A stretch of DNA of 62,686 bases, filler included, from Myxococcota bacterium (lineage in GTDB: Bacteria; Myxococcota_C; UBA6777), in the NCBI GenBank assembly GCA_023150835.1. It is 7 parts of 7 records of this genome, joined end to end, with 100 filler letters (N's around TTAATTAATTAA, not from the genome) between each part and the next. Parts side by side here need not be neighbours in the genome. Positions count along the whole stretch, not along the records: positions 8,047 to 15,874 come from JAKLKB010000193.1; positions 15,975 to 27,589 come from JAKLKB010000194.1; 5 more parts are not named here. The stretch is one strand, 5' to 3'. Under the pieces are notes generated by a model that was not told the origin of the DNA, ran no database searches, and worked only from the letters and a program-made list of their open reading frames with translations. The translations under genes and the position numbers were made by a program. Positions 9,454-18,716 of the stretch are shown here, in pieces. How positions within the stretch are numbered: the first letter of the stretch is position 1; each line of letters opens with the position of its first letter.

Positions 9454-10602
9454 TTGAGCATGAGATTCGATACCAAAGTGGTGCGCGCAACGGTTGAACC
9501 CGACCCCACAACAGGCGCGATCGTCCCTCCTATTTATCAAACCGCAACGTATGTTCTTCCCGAGATCGGAAAGAATCGTGGATACGACTATACGCGCTCC
9601 TCCAACCCCACACGTGCGCAGTTGGAGTCGATGCTGGCGGCCCTTGAAGGCACAAAATACGCTGTTACCTACGCATCGGGGATGTCTGCGGTCGACGCGG
9701 TGATGAAGATGTTTCGCCCGGGCGATCACATCATCTCCAGCGATGACGTGTACGGTGGAGTGTCGCGTCTCTTCAATCGCATCTTGAGCCACTACGGGAT
9801 GGAATTTACCTACGTCGACAGCAGCAACCCCAACAACGTCGCCGAAGCCATCCGCCCCAACACCAAGCTGATCTGGCTCGAAACCCCTACCAATCCTCTG
9901 TTGAAAGTGACCGATCTCGAAGCCATCGCCAAGATCGCCAAAGAACACAAGATCATCTGCGGTGTGGATAGCACCTTTGCAACACCAGCGTTGTTGCGTC
10001 CTGCCGAGTTTGGCATCGATATCGTCATGCACAGCACCACGAAATACATCAGCGGACATAACCAAATCATCGGTGGTGCCGTACTGACCAGCGACGAAGA
10101 GATCCACAAACAACTGCGCTTTGTGCAAAAAGCCATTGGCGCGGTTCCTAGCCCCTTTGATTGTTGGTTGATCATCGGTGGGCTTCGTACCTTGGCCCTG
10201 CGGATGGAACGCCACAGCCAAAACGCAATGAAGGTGGCGACCTTTTTGGAACAACATCCCAAAGTGTCGCGTGTCTCGTATCCCGGCTTGCCAAGCCATC
10301 CCGGCCATCAAGTCGCTAAACGCCAGATGTCCGCGTTTAGCGGCATGATCTCCTTTGAACTCAAAGGCGGCATCCCTGCGGGCGTTGCGCTGTTGAACAA
10401 CGTGAAACTGTGTGCGCTTGCTGAAAGCCTCGGATCTGTCGAGACGATGATCACACACCCCGCCACCATGACCCACGCCGAAGTCCCCAAAGACGAGCGG
10501 CTTGCGCGTGGTTTGACGGACGGTTTGTGCCGTCTGTCCGTCGGCATCGAAGACGTTCAAGATATCATCGAAGACCTCGAAAACGCACTCGAAAAGATCT
10601 GA
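9454..10602 (+). CDS. Cystathionine gamma-lyase/gamma-synthase (Cys/Met metabolism PLP enzyme)
   Basis: YDYTRSSNPT, WLETPTNP, HSTTKYISGH, LAESLGSVETMITHP, RLSVGIED; adjacent to CBS. Confidence 0.92.
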   Translation: MSMRFDTKVVRATVEPDPTTGAIVPPIYQTATYVLPEIGKNRGYDYTRSSNPTRAQLESMLAALEGTKYAVTYASGMSAVDAVMKMFRPGDHIISSDDVYGGVSRLFNRILSHYGMEFTYVDSSNPNNVAEAIRPNTKLIWLETPTNPLLKVTDLEAIAKIAKEHKIICGVDSTFATPALLRPAEFGIDIVMHSTTKYISGHNQIIGGAVLTSDEEIHKQLRFVQKAIGAVPSPFDCWLIIGGLRTLALRMERHSQNAMKVATFLEQHPKVSRVSYPGLPSHPGHQVAKRQMSAFSGMISFELKGGIPAGVALLNNVKLCALAESLGSVETMITHPATMTHAEVPKDERLARGLTDGLCRLSVGIEDVQDIIEDLENALEKI

Positions 10603-10633
10603 TTCCCCCCTCTCTTCTAGCTACCCATACACC

Positions 10634-11758
10634 ATGCAACATCCCCCTTTGTTCTCTTCTGAAACACCGATCGATTGGCTTTCTTTGAAAGAGCGCTTTC
10701 GTCAAAAGGCCAAGGCTCTAGGACTTGGACGGATCGGCTGGACGCACGCCGAGCCTGCCGCAACACTCCAACACTACGAAGCGTGGTTGCGCAACGGATA
10801 TCACGGCGAGATGGCGTACCTTGGTCGAGAAGATCGCTTGGCAAGGCGGCGTGATCTTCGCTTGATCTTACCCGAAGTTCAAAGCCTGATCTTTGTGACT
10901 CTGCCGTATTGGCCGTCTTCTTTTCCCGAAGCAACGGACGCGATGCGCGGTGTGGTCTCCTGCTATGCTTGGGGGCGCGATTATCACGATATCCTCGGAC
11001 AGAAGCTTAAGACGCTTTGTGCTTGGCTTGAGCAAGAAGCTGGCGGAAAAACCCGATACTACATCGATACAGGTGCGATCCAAGAGCGCGACCTCGGCGG
11101 GCGCGCAGGGCTCGGATTTGTCGGCAAAAACACCATGTTGATCGATCCCACCTACGGGAGCGGCTTTTTCTTAGGCGAGATCTTGACGACCTTGGCGTTT
11201 CCCCCTGATCCTCCGGCCCGTATGCCAAGCTGTGGTCGCTGCCAACGCTGCTTGCAAGCCTGCCCAACACAGGCTTTTGTCGGGCCTTCTCAGATGGATG
11301 CACGTCGTTGCATCTCTTACTTGACCATCGAATTAAAGGGATCGATCCCTGTGGATCTGCGCCCATTGGTGGGAAATTGGATCTACGGCTGCGATGTCTG
11401 TCAACAAGTTTGCCCTTGGATGCGCTTTGCAGGGGATGGCCCAAGCCCGCTTTGGGGCTCTCCGCCCGAAGAAGTGACGCTGCCCAAACTACTTGGACTG
11501 CTGGCGCTAGACGAGGAAGGCTTTCAACTGCGATTTGCGGAATCCCCGATTCGCCGCATCAAACGCTCTCGCTTGTTGCGCAACGTGGCTGTGGCCCTCG
11601 GAAACATCGGTGATCCAACGGCTCTCCCTGCGCTTCAACGTGTACTTTGTGATCCAGAGCCTCTGATCCAAGAGCACGCAGCATGGGCGATCCGCTCCAT
11701 CCGCCAAAAGCTCCTCTTCACCCCAAACCCCTTCCCCACGAATCTTCGCCGCCGTTGA
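10634..11758 (+). CDS. queG: tRNA epoxyqueuosine(34) reductase
   Basis: GYHGEMAYL, YAWGRDYH, GKNTMLI; two 4Fe-4S motifs CGRCQRCLQACPT and GCDVCQQVCPW; C-terminal HEAT repeat. Confidence 0.95.
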   Translation: MQHPPLFSSETPIDWLSLKERFRQKAKALGLGRIGWTHAEPAATLQHYEAWLRNGYHGEMAYLGREDRLARRRDLRLILPEVQSLIFVTLPYWPSSFPEATDAMRGVVSCYAWGRDYHDILGQKLKTLCAWLEQEAGGKTRYYIDTGAIQERDLGGRAGLGFVGKNTMLIDPTYGSGFFLGEILTTLAFPPDPPARMPSCGRCQRCLQACPTQAFVGPSQMDARRCISYLTIELKGSIPVDLRPLVGNWIYGCDVCQQVCPWMRFAGDGPSPLWGSPPEEVTLPKLLGLLALDEEGFQLRFAESPIRRIKRSRLLRNVAVALGNIGDPTALPALQRVLCDPEPLIQEHAAWAIRSIRQKLLFTPNPFPTNLRRR

Positions 11759-11853
11759 CTTTTCTTTGCCCTCCTTTATCATGTGACGGTTGTGAACAAA
11801 GGAGACGCCAGACGCCAAGGTCTGCGAAGGGCACCAAGACACCGAGGTCCATT

Positions 11854-13800
11854 TTGGAGCAATACGACGATGTTCCCGAGTTCTCGCTTGTAATCGAATC
11901 TGGCGGTGAACGAGGTGAACGCTTTACCTTTCAACAACCTGAGGTCACTCTTGGTCGGACGGCTGACAACGATCTTGTCTTGTATGATGGGGCTGTCTCT
12001 CGCCGCCACATCGTAATTTATTATAGAAATCAACAGTTTATTATCGAAGACTTGGGCAGTAGCAACGGAACCATCCTCAACGGCCAACCGTTGACGCAAC
12101 CCAATGTTCTTTCCGAAGGGGACCGCATCGATATCGGGCCTGTTCGCTTTGTCTTCACGCTGGAAGTCGAGCGCGGCGACTCCACACAGATGGAAGTCGA
12201 AGCCATCCCAGAACATTGGGTGAACCCCGATCCTTCCGCTCCGATCGCACGCCCTCGCTTTGACGCCAGTTCGGGCTTACCTGTCCCTCCACAAGGCGAC
12301 ACCCGCGCTTTTTCAGCACACCAACTCCACCAAGGCCAAGCCCCCCTCCCCCCTGTCTCGGCAACCCAGCACCTTCCTGCTCAACACCTCCATCCTTCCG
12401 CTGGATTCGCACTTCCACAACACGCACCCCCTCCTCTTCATCCCAACGGCACTCCCGCACCTTCGCACGCTTCATCACAGCCCTATGGTGCGCCATCCCA
12501 GCCCTATGGTGCGCCATCACAGCCCTATGGTGCGCCATCCCAGCCCTATGGTGCGCCGTCACAGCCCTATGGTGCGCCGTCACAGCCCTATGGTGCGCCG
12601 TCACAGCCCTATGGTGCGCCATCACAGCCCTATGGTGCGCCATCCGCCCCTTACAACGGCGCTGCTTCGTTTCCTGCTGGGCCGTCCTATCCCTCCCAAG
12701 CCCCTGCACCGGTCTGGTCAGCGCAACCTGCCGTTGGAGATGCAGCCTTCTCTCCGAACGCGGCTTCGATGCCCCCGCCATCCGCAGCATTGGCTAGGTT
12801 TGCCCCTGCGATCCCTTCGCTGTCTCCGCCTCCACAATCGGCCTTCCCACCACTTTCTGGCGCACCTGCTCCTTCAAAAAACCTTGTTTCCCCCCAACCA
12901 AGCGGACTTTCCGCAGCTTCTGCTCGGCGCCCGTCTCTTGATCGGCCCGGGATCTCTCTGCAACAAGAACGCGCTTATGTTCTTCGACTCTCGATCCTTG
13001 GCTTGGTGTTGCTTCTCGCCACACTTGGGACGTTTTTGATCCCCGTTTCTCCCCCTCAAAACCTGTTGATCGCGCAGCCTGTCGCTGCACAAAAAAGCGA
13101 ACCCGTCCCTGTACGTGCCGAAGATATCGAAAGCATCTATCAACGCAGCTTTGGTTACAACCAATACAACAAGCTTGATGCGCGTTATCTGTTTGAAACT
13201 ACGTTTTCGATCAAGTACAGCGATGGCAAACTCTTTGTTTCATTTCGTTTGATCGGCCCTGACAGCGTCAGCCTGCTCGCCAACGGCACCGAATTCGAGC
13301 GGCTACACCCCAATCCCCAACAGTGGTTGCCTTTTCGCGCAGAGATCCCGCGTGGACTCTTGCGCTACGGCGAAAACCTGATCACCTTCAAGCGCATCTC
13401 TGCCGCAGACAACCGTTGGGGACTGACACACGTCCGCTTTGAAGAAAAAGAGATCCCGCTTGCCAACCTCCGCCGTGCGAAGACTTATTGCAAACAGGGA
13501 GACGAGCTTTTTGATACATTCCAAACACAGCCCGAGCATACTCCCCGCGCCATCGAAGCCTACGAAAATTGCCGGCTCTATTTGTTCCGAAAGACTCCGA
13601 TCCACCCTCTGTTTTCGCGTGCAACCAAGCAGATCAAACAGCTTGAACAATTCCGAAATGATCTTTATGTTGCAGGACTCAAACAGGCCCAATCCAACCC
13701 TGCAACCAAAAAGCAGGTGTACGAGGGCTTGCTAAAATACTTTGATGACAAATCCCCTCAATACTTGCGACTCTCTGAGATGTTGCAAACAAACCCTTGA
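11854..13800 (+). CDS. FHA-domain membrane protein with Pro/Gln/Tyr low-complexity linker
   Basis: FHA motifs GR...ND..L....VSRRH and DLGSSNGT; one TM helix. Probable TTG start at 11854 after GAGG; the ORF is open from 11683 but that overlaps queG. Confidence 0.85.
   Translation: MEQYDDVPEFSLVIESGGERGERFTFQQPEVTLGRTADNDLVLYDGAVSRRHIVIYYRNQQFIIEDLGSSNGTILNGQPLTQPNVLSEGDRIDIGPVRFVFTLEVERGDSTQMEVEAIPEHWVNPDPSAPIARPRFDASSGLPVPPQGDTRAFSAHQLHQGQAPLPPVSATQHLPAQHLHPSAGFALPQHAPPPLHPNGTPAPSHASSQPYGAPSQPYGAPSQPYGAPSQPYGAPSQPYGAPSQPYGAPSQPYGAPSQPYGAPSAPYNGAASFPAGPSYPSQAPAPVWSAQPAVGDAAFSPNAASMPPPSAALARFAPAIPSLSPPPQSAFPPLSGAPAPSKNLVSPQPSGLSAASARRPSLDRPGISLQQERAYVLRLSILGLVLLLATLGTFLIPVSPPQNLLIAQPVAAQKSEPVPVRAEDIESIYQRSFGYNQYNKLDARYLFETTFSIKYSDGKLFVSFRLIGPDSVSLLANGTEFERLHPNPQQWLPFRAEIPRGLLRYGENLITFKRISAADNRWGLTHVRFEEKEIPLANLRRAKTYCKQGDELFDTFQTQPEHTPRAIEAYENCRLYLFRKTPIHPLFSRATKQIKQLEQFRNDLYVAGLKQAQSNPATKKQVYEGLLKYFDDKSPQYLRLSEMLQTNP
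12475..12642 (+). repeat. Coding 21-bp tandem repeat, (SQPYGAP)x8
   Basis: Eight copies of TCMCAGCCCTATGGTGCGCCR. Confidence 0.95.
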
Positions 13801-13919
13801 AAGATGGGCAGCCTTTCGGTAGGACAAACCATCCGCACTTTTTTTCCCTGTGGCTTGCGCATGATCTTGGCTGTGTGCTTCGTTGTGCGAGGCCCTTCAT
13901 CATTTAGGATTTTTGCGAC

Positions 13920-15629
13920 ATGAACAACGGTCCGAAAGACGGAAACTGGAACGCACCCGGGTCCCCCTACGCTTCTTATGGACCACCTCGAGGGCAAGGG
14001 GCGGTGGGCTTTGAAGAGACCCGATTGCTCGAAGATCCAAGCCAAGAACTCCAACAAACTGCGCCAATCTCTCCTCACGCAGCCCAGCAAGCCCCCGCGC
14101 CATCGGCTTCACCCGCTGCGCGTGGCGGCATCAATCCCAAAGATATCGCCAGTGAAAAAACCATCCTGCACGACGACATCAAAGGAAGCCTCGGAGCGAT
14201 GGCCAAGTTGGTGATCTTGGAAGGAATGCAACAAGGAAAAGAATTCCCTATCCTTGAGCAAACCGTCTCGTTTGGTCGAGAAAGAGACAACACCATCTCT
14301 TTTCCTGATCTGTCCGTAAGCCGCTACCACTTCAAGATCCACCGCAAACCCAACGGACACGATCTGGAAGGATTAAGCGATGGAAACCCGACATTGCTCA
14401 ACGGAAAGGCCACCCGAAAAGCCACGCTCAAACACGGCGACCGCATCCAAGCAGGAAAGACGCTGCTTCAATACCTCATGCTCGGGCAGCCCAACGCCCC
14501 AGTCGAGGCCAAATCCAACATGGCGATCTTTCTGGTCCTTGGATTGGTTCTTCTTTCAGGAGGGATCGGGGCAGGGATCTTCTTGTTTTCTGGAAGGAAA
14601 ACCGCCCAAGACGACAGCAAGAAACAGATGGTCTCGGAAGCTTTTGAGGAAGGACTCAACCTGTATCGGCAACGCAAATGGCGCGATGCAGAGATCGCTT
14701 TCGAACGTGCGTTGAGCCATGACAGCAAGCGCATGGATATCAAACAGTATATCCGCGACGCAAGATCCGAAAATGATGCTGATCTCAAACTGAAAAAGGT
14801 TCGGTTGTTGATCGCGGACAAAAATTACAAAGAAGCCAAAGAAGCCCTAACTGATATCGAAGAAAAACTGGCCCCCGGCTCTGTTTACGCAGAAGACCTT
14901 TTGCGCCTCCAATCGAACGTTCGAAAAGCCCTTGCACCCGCTGTTGTCGCTGTCGTTCCTCCAGTCCGCAACGGCGGAACCAAACCCCCCGCACGCACGC
15001 GATGGGTCAAGAAAAATGGCCGTTGGGTTCGCGCTTCTGCTCCCGCCCCAACACCTCCGCCCACAACGGTCACTCCTGCGGTTCCTGCTGCAAAAACCCC
15101 CGAACAGATCGCCTTAGAATCTTTCGCTGAAGGCGATCTCAACAAAGCCAAAGATCTTCTGATCAAAGCAGGAAACAGCAACAAAGCAAACCAGATCGAC
15201 CAGTTCCGTGAAGCCTACTCGCGTGGGAAAAGCAGCCACAACAACCGCATCCACACCACAGCGATCCCCGCACTTGAACAAGCACTCCAAATCGATCAAG
15301 AACTCGGGCAAGGAAAGAGCCTCTACACCGTACAGTTGCGCAAAATGCTCGCCAATATGTACTCGATGGCCGGTCTGATGGCTTTTAGCGAGCGACAATA
15401 CGGCTCCGCTTACAGCAGCTTTCGCAAAGCACTCAAACAACGTCCCGACCATATCGTCAGCAAAAGCAAGATCGAAGAGATCCAAGCCGAAGCCCAAGGC
15501 TGGCTTTCCGAGGCTCAAAAAGCCAAAGGCACCGCCGCCAAAACTTACCTCCTGCGGATCACGAATACCCTCCCCCAAACAGACCCCATCTGCAAACAAG
15601 CCAAAGCACTTCTCAAACAGTTCGAATAA
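13920..15629 (+). CDS. FHA-domain membrane protein with periplasmic TPR repeats
   Basis: FGRERDN..FPD.SVSRYH FHA motif; TM helix; TPR-like helices. Confidence 0.85.
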   Translation: MNNGPKDGNWNAPGSPYASYGPPRGQGAVGFEETRLLEDPSQELQQTAPISPHAAQQAPAPSASPAARGGINPKDIASEKTILHDDIKGSLGAMAKLVILEGMQQGKEFPILEQTVSFGRERDNTISFPDLSVSRYHFKIHRKPNGHDLEGLSDGNPTLLNGKATRKATLKHGDRIQAGKTLLQYLMLGQPNAPVEAKSNMAIFLVLGLVLLSGGIGAGIFLFSGRKTAQDDSKKQMVSEAFEEGLNLYRQRKWRDAEIAFERALSHDSKRMDIKQYIRDARSENDADLKLKKVRLLIADKNYKEAKEALTDIEEKLAPGSVYAEDLLRLQSNVRKALAPAVVAVVPPVRNGGTKPPARTRWVKKNGRWVRASAPAPTPPPTTVTPAVPAAKTPEQIALESFAEGDLNKAKDLLIKAGNSNKANQIDQFREAYSRGKSSHNNRIHTTAIPALEQALQIDQELGQGKSLYTVQLRKMLANMYSMAGLMAFSERQYGSAYSSFRKALKQRPDHIVSKSKIEEIQAEAQGWLSEAQKAKGTAAKTYLLRITNTLPQTDPICKQAKALLKQFE

Positions 15630-15704
15630 TACGATATCCGAGCGATGTGTACACAATGTACGTAAACGCCCTATTGTCGGGCAGCCCCCCGTGGCTGCCC
15701 CTAC
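15629..15704. mobile_element. MITE family A copy (partial) beginning on the stop codon
   Basis: TAATACGATATCCGAGCG...GGCTGCCCCTAC. Confidence 0.65.
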
Positions 15705-15716
15705 TTCTTTACTCTC

Positions 15717-15874
15717 CTACTTCGATTCCAAAGAATCCGTTTCTACCACAGAATTCGTGATGGCTGCTTCGGGAAGTGTCGATGTGTTCGTTGCTTCGGG
15801 AAGTGCCGATGTGTTCGTTGCTTCGGGAAGTGTCGATGTGTTCGTTGCTTCGGGAAGTGCCGATGTGTTCGTTG
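15717..15874 (-). CDS. 3' fragment of a gene truncated by the contig end, with 27-bp repeats (ATNTS(A/T)LPE)
   Basis: Minus frame reads ...ATNTSTLPEAAITNSVVETDSLESK*; about four 27-bp units run into the gap. Confidence 0.5.
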
Positions 15875-15974
15875 NNNNNNNNNNNNNNNNNNNNNNNNNN
15901 NNNNNNNNNNNNNNNNNNTTAATTAATTAANNNNNNNNNNNNNNNNNNNNNNNNNNNNNNNNNNNNNNNNNNNN
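15875..15974. other. Artificial contig linker
   Basis: N-TTAATTAATTAA-N. Confidence 0.97.
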
Positions 15975-16030
15975 TAGGGGCAGCCCCCTGTGGCTGCCCA
16001 ACCATCGGGCGGTTCGCGAACCGCCCCTAC
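15975..16030. repeat. Pair of inverted GTAG-type REP palindromes
   Basis: TAGGGGCAGCCCCCTGTGGCTGCCC followed by GGGCGGTTCGCGAACCGCCCCTAC. Confidence 0.7.
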
Positions 16031-16154
16031 ATCATGCGATCATACATTACGCGGAGATATCGCGTTCAGATCTCGCTATGTTAGACACCCTCTCAAACTC
16101 CGCTCCAAGAGATATCGCGTCTTTTTCACAACAGCGCAAAAAGGAGAATCAACG

Positions 16155-16562
16155 ATGCGTACATTGGGATGGATGGGCTTGGTTTCTGCGGTCCTTTTGG
16201 GCTTTCCAGACCAAGCAAACGCAAGGTACTACGACGCTGGCCCTGTGTGGAACAAACAACACGCAAAGCTTGTTTGCCCCAACGTCTGCCAACAAAAACG
16301 CCTGTTTTGGGACGGTGATTGGATCAATCTTATTTTGGGCCGCGCTTCGGTCTGTGGATGCAGAAAATCCAACCCAGCCCAAAACACCTCGAACCGCCAA
16401 GCCTGCTTGCGTCCCGGGAAAAGAAAAACGCGGCCTATTTACCACAAGCACCACGCAAAAAAAATCTGCCCCCGCGTATGCCAAAAATACCGTTGCCGAT
16501 GGGACGGCTATTGGCAAACCACCCTCTTCGGTACGATGTACGCCGTGTGTGGCTGCAAATAG
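16155..16562 (+). CDS. Secreted mannan-binding (MVL-type) lectin with two repeats
   Basis: AAGGAG RBS; signal peptide ending ANA; two AGP(V/I)W...A...CP.VC....WDG.W......SVCGC-type repeats. Confidence 0.75.
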   Translation: MRTLGWMGLVSAVLLGFPDQANARYYDAGPVWNKQHAKLVCPNVCQQKRLFWDGDWINLILGRASVCGCRKSNPAQNTSNRQACLRPGKRKTRPIYHKHHAKKICPRVCQKYRCRWDGYWQTTLFGTMYAVCGCK

Positions 16563-16650
16563 AATGATTCGCAAATGATCGGTACAAAAAACCTAGCTTT
16601 TTGCAGCCCCCCACAAACAACAAAGCACGCCCGCTCCGACCTCGACGCGA

Positions 16651-18648
16651 TCACCGATCTGGTGCCGGTGTAGTCGCGTCGATTGGTGGGTTTCCTTTGA
16701 CAGGTTCGCCAGCCCGAACGGCTGGTGGCGGCGTCGCCAAGGTCTCGTCCAACACCCACACCATCCGAGGAAACAGCCATTCTGCACCCCATACGCCGTC
16801 GCGCAACAGATGACTACGCAAAACGCCGAAGAACGCCAGCAAAGAGACGTCTCTCGCATCAGACTGTGCAAGATGCAGATGGAGGGCCTCGTGGGGAAAG
16901 AGTTTCTTGAGTTTCTTGAGGCAACCCAACAGACAAGCCTGATCCCACCCGTTCCCCCGCCGCTCACAAGTCGGATACGTCTTCGTTGCTGCATTCAGAT
17001 CACAACCCGCCCCGATCGCTGTTCCTTTTGTGAGAAACGTCACGCCCTTGGGCCGGATGCGCAACATCACAGGCACTCCTGTTTGCTGGGAACCCTTTCG
17101 GATTTCCGAATCGATGGACAACTGCAAGCGATAAGCCCCCACCTGCGGCCACATCAATGGCTTTAAAAGATCACGCGCAACCCTCGGATACTTGGGAGCA
17201 TCCGACAATGAATACCTACTGTCTACTCTCTTCACCACCCAACTCACCTCTACGTACCGAAGACCCGATGATCTCGGTTGTTTTTTGATCTGCTCCTCCA
17301 CCCAAAGACGCAACGCCCCCAAAACCGTCGCCAACGTCGCACGTCGATCTGTTTGCAATGTCACATGAAGAGCTTGCGTACCGCTCGCTCCTTGGGCAAG
17401 AGAGAACCGAGCCATCGTAGGCTTGCCGTCCTCAGCAATCCGCAAAAAAATAGGCTCAAACGAACCCGCTTTCGGTGCATTTGGATCCAAAAACATCTCG
17501 ATCGATGATCGTGGGCTTGCGTGCGCCGCAGCCGCCTCCCTTGCATGGTCCATAGCACCAACCAACCGGCGCTCCGTATCAAGCGCCACGCCTACGCACA
17601 AAGCCACCGCGAACAACGCCACACACACAAAACTTGCGCGATCTTTCAGCGCCCCGCCACGAAACACCAACATCCCCAAACCCATCAGCAACATCCCACC
17701 CACGATCACCCACACCACACCAAACGCCTGCCCCGCCCAACTCGCATAACTCCGACACAACGCCTCTTTCTGATCGGCTGTCGCGCTCTCCAATGCGCGC
17801 AACAATTGGCTTAAATGCACCCACACCACCGCATAACCCAGCAGCATCGGCGCTCCCAACGCTCCCAACCATGCTCCCCACATCCACCCGTCCGTATCTA
17901 CCACCGCATTTTCTTGTTCTCCCCCACCTTCAGCCGCTTCCCCTTGTTCGGCTTTTCGTTGGTAGCCCAACGCGATCACCCCTACAAACACTGCACCCCC
18001 AAACACCAACCAACCCCCCAGAGGAACCGCACTCATCGCCTGAGAAGCATTCCCCCCCGCCACCCAAAAGGCACCCGCCAAACCGCCAACCGCGATTATC
18101 CCTCCCATCGCCACCCTCGTGCTCTCCAATCGACCACGCCCCCAACCTAGCCAACAAGACCACACACTCGCGATCAAGCTAAACAACCCACCCAAGATCC
18201 CGCCAAACACCAGCGTATTCATCGAGATCGATACATATTGCGCAGCCAACTGATACCGATATTGAACCGACGCTTTATCCAACGCCGACATTGTTTCACG
18301 AAAACCCGCGAGGGTCCCCACCCAACCCAAAACACAACTCATCACCACACTGCCCACCACAACGAAAAACAACACGCTCCTTCCCGATGCTTGGCGATAC
18401 CCCCCCCGCAACGTGAACGCGCTCAAGCCCCACAGCGACAAGACATACAACCACAAAATCGGGTGCATAACGTGCCCACCGTCGAAATAAAACCGCTTGA
18501 GTTGGTCCATATCCCCAAACATCAAAAACAACGCTACCAGCGAAATTCCCCCCAACCCCAACACACTTAACGCTTTCCCCATCTCGTAGTGGCCTTGCCG
18601 CATCGCCTTCATCTCGACTCCTTTGTTGCGAACGTTGATCTCCTTCAT
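16651..18648 (-). CDS. Multi-TM protein with MotA/TolQ/ExbB-like region fused to ExbD-like C-terminal domains
   Basis: FDGG..MHPI, LGWVGTLAGF and SISMNT..FGG resemble ExbB TMs; C-terminal WDQACL..CLKKLK..FPHE resembles myxobacterial ExbD-like periplasmic domains. Start 18648 or 18612. Confidence 0.6.
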   Translation of the reverse strand: MKEINVRNKGVEMKAMRQGHYEMGKALSVLGLGGISLVALFLMFGDMDQLKRFYFDGGHVMHPILWLYVLSLWGLSAFTLRGGYRQASGRSVLFFVVVGSVVMSCVLGWVGTLAGFRETMSALDKASVQYRYQLAAQYVSISMNTLVFGGILGGLFSLIASVWSCWLGWGRGRLESTRVAMGGIIAVGGLAGAFWVAGGNASQAMSAVPLGGWLVFGGAVFVGVIALGYQRKAEQGEAAEGGGEQENAVVDTDGWMWGAWLGALGAPMLLGYAVVWVHLSQLLRALESATADQKEALCRSYASWAGQAFGVVWVIVGGMLLMGLGMLVFRGGALKDRASFVCVALFAVALCVGVALDTERRLVGAMDHAREAAAAHASPRSSIEMFLDPNAPKAGSFEPIFLRIAEDGKPTMARFSLAQGASGTQALHVTLQTDRRATLATVLGALRLWVEEQIKKQPRSSGLRYVEVSWVVKRVDSRYSLSDAPKYPRVARDLLKPLMWPQVGAYRLQLSIDSEIRKGSQQTGVPVMLRIRPKGVTFLTKGTAIGAGCDLNAATKTYPTCERRGNGWDQACLLGCLKKLKKLFPHEALHLHLAQSDARDVSLLAFFGVLRSHLLRDGVWGAEWLFPRMVWVLDETLATPPPAVRAGEPVKGNPPIDATTPAPDR

Positions 18649-18714
18649 GGCGACTCCTTCTTGTTGCGAACGTTGACATACTTCATGGCGACTCCTTCTG
18701 TTGCGAACGTTCAC
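18605..18714 (-). repeat. Triplicated RBS + ATG unit (AACGTTCGCAACA...AAGGAGTCG..ATGAAG)
   Basis: Three ~36-38-bp copies with ATGs at 18686, 18648 and 18612. Confidence 0.85.
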
Positions 18715-18716
18715 CT

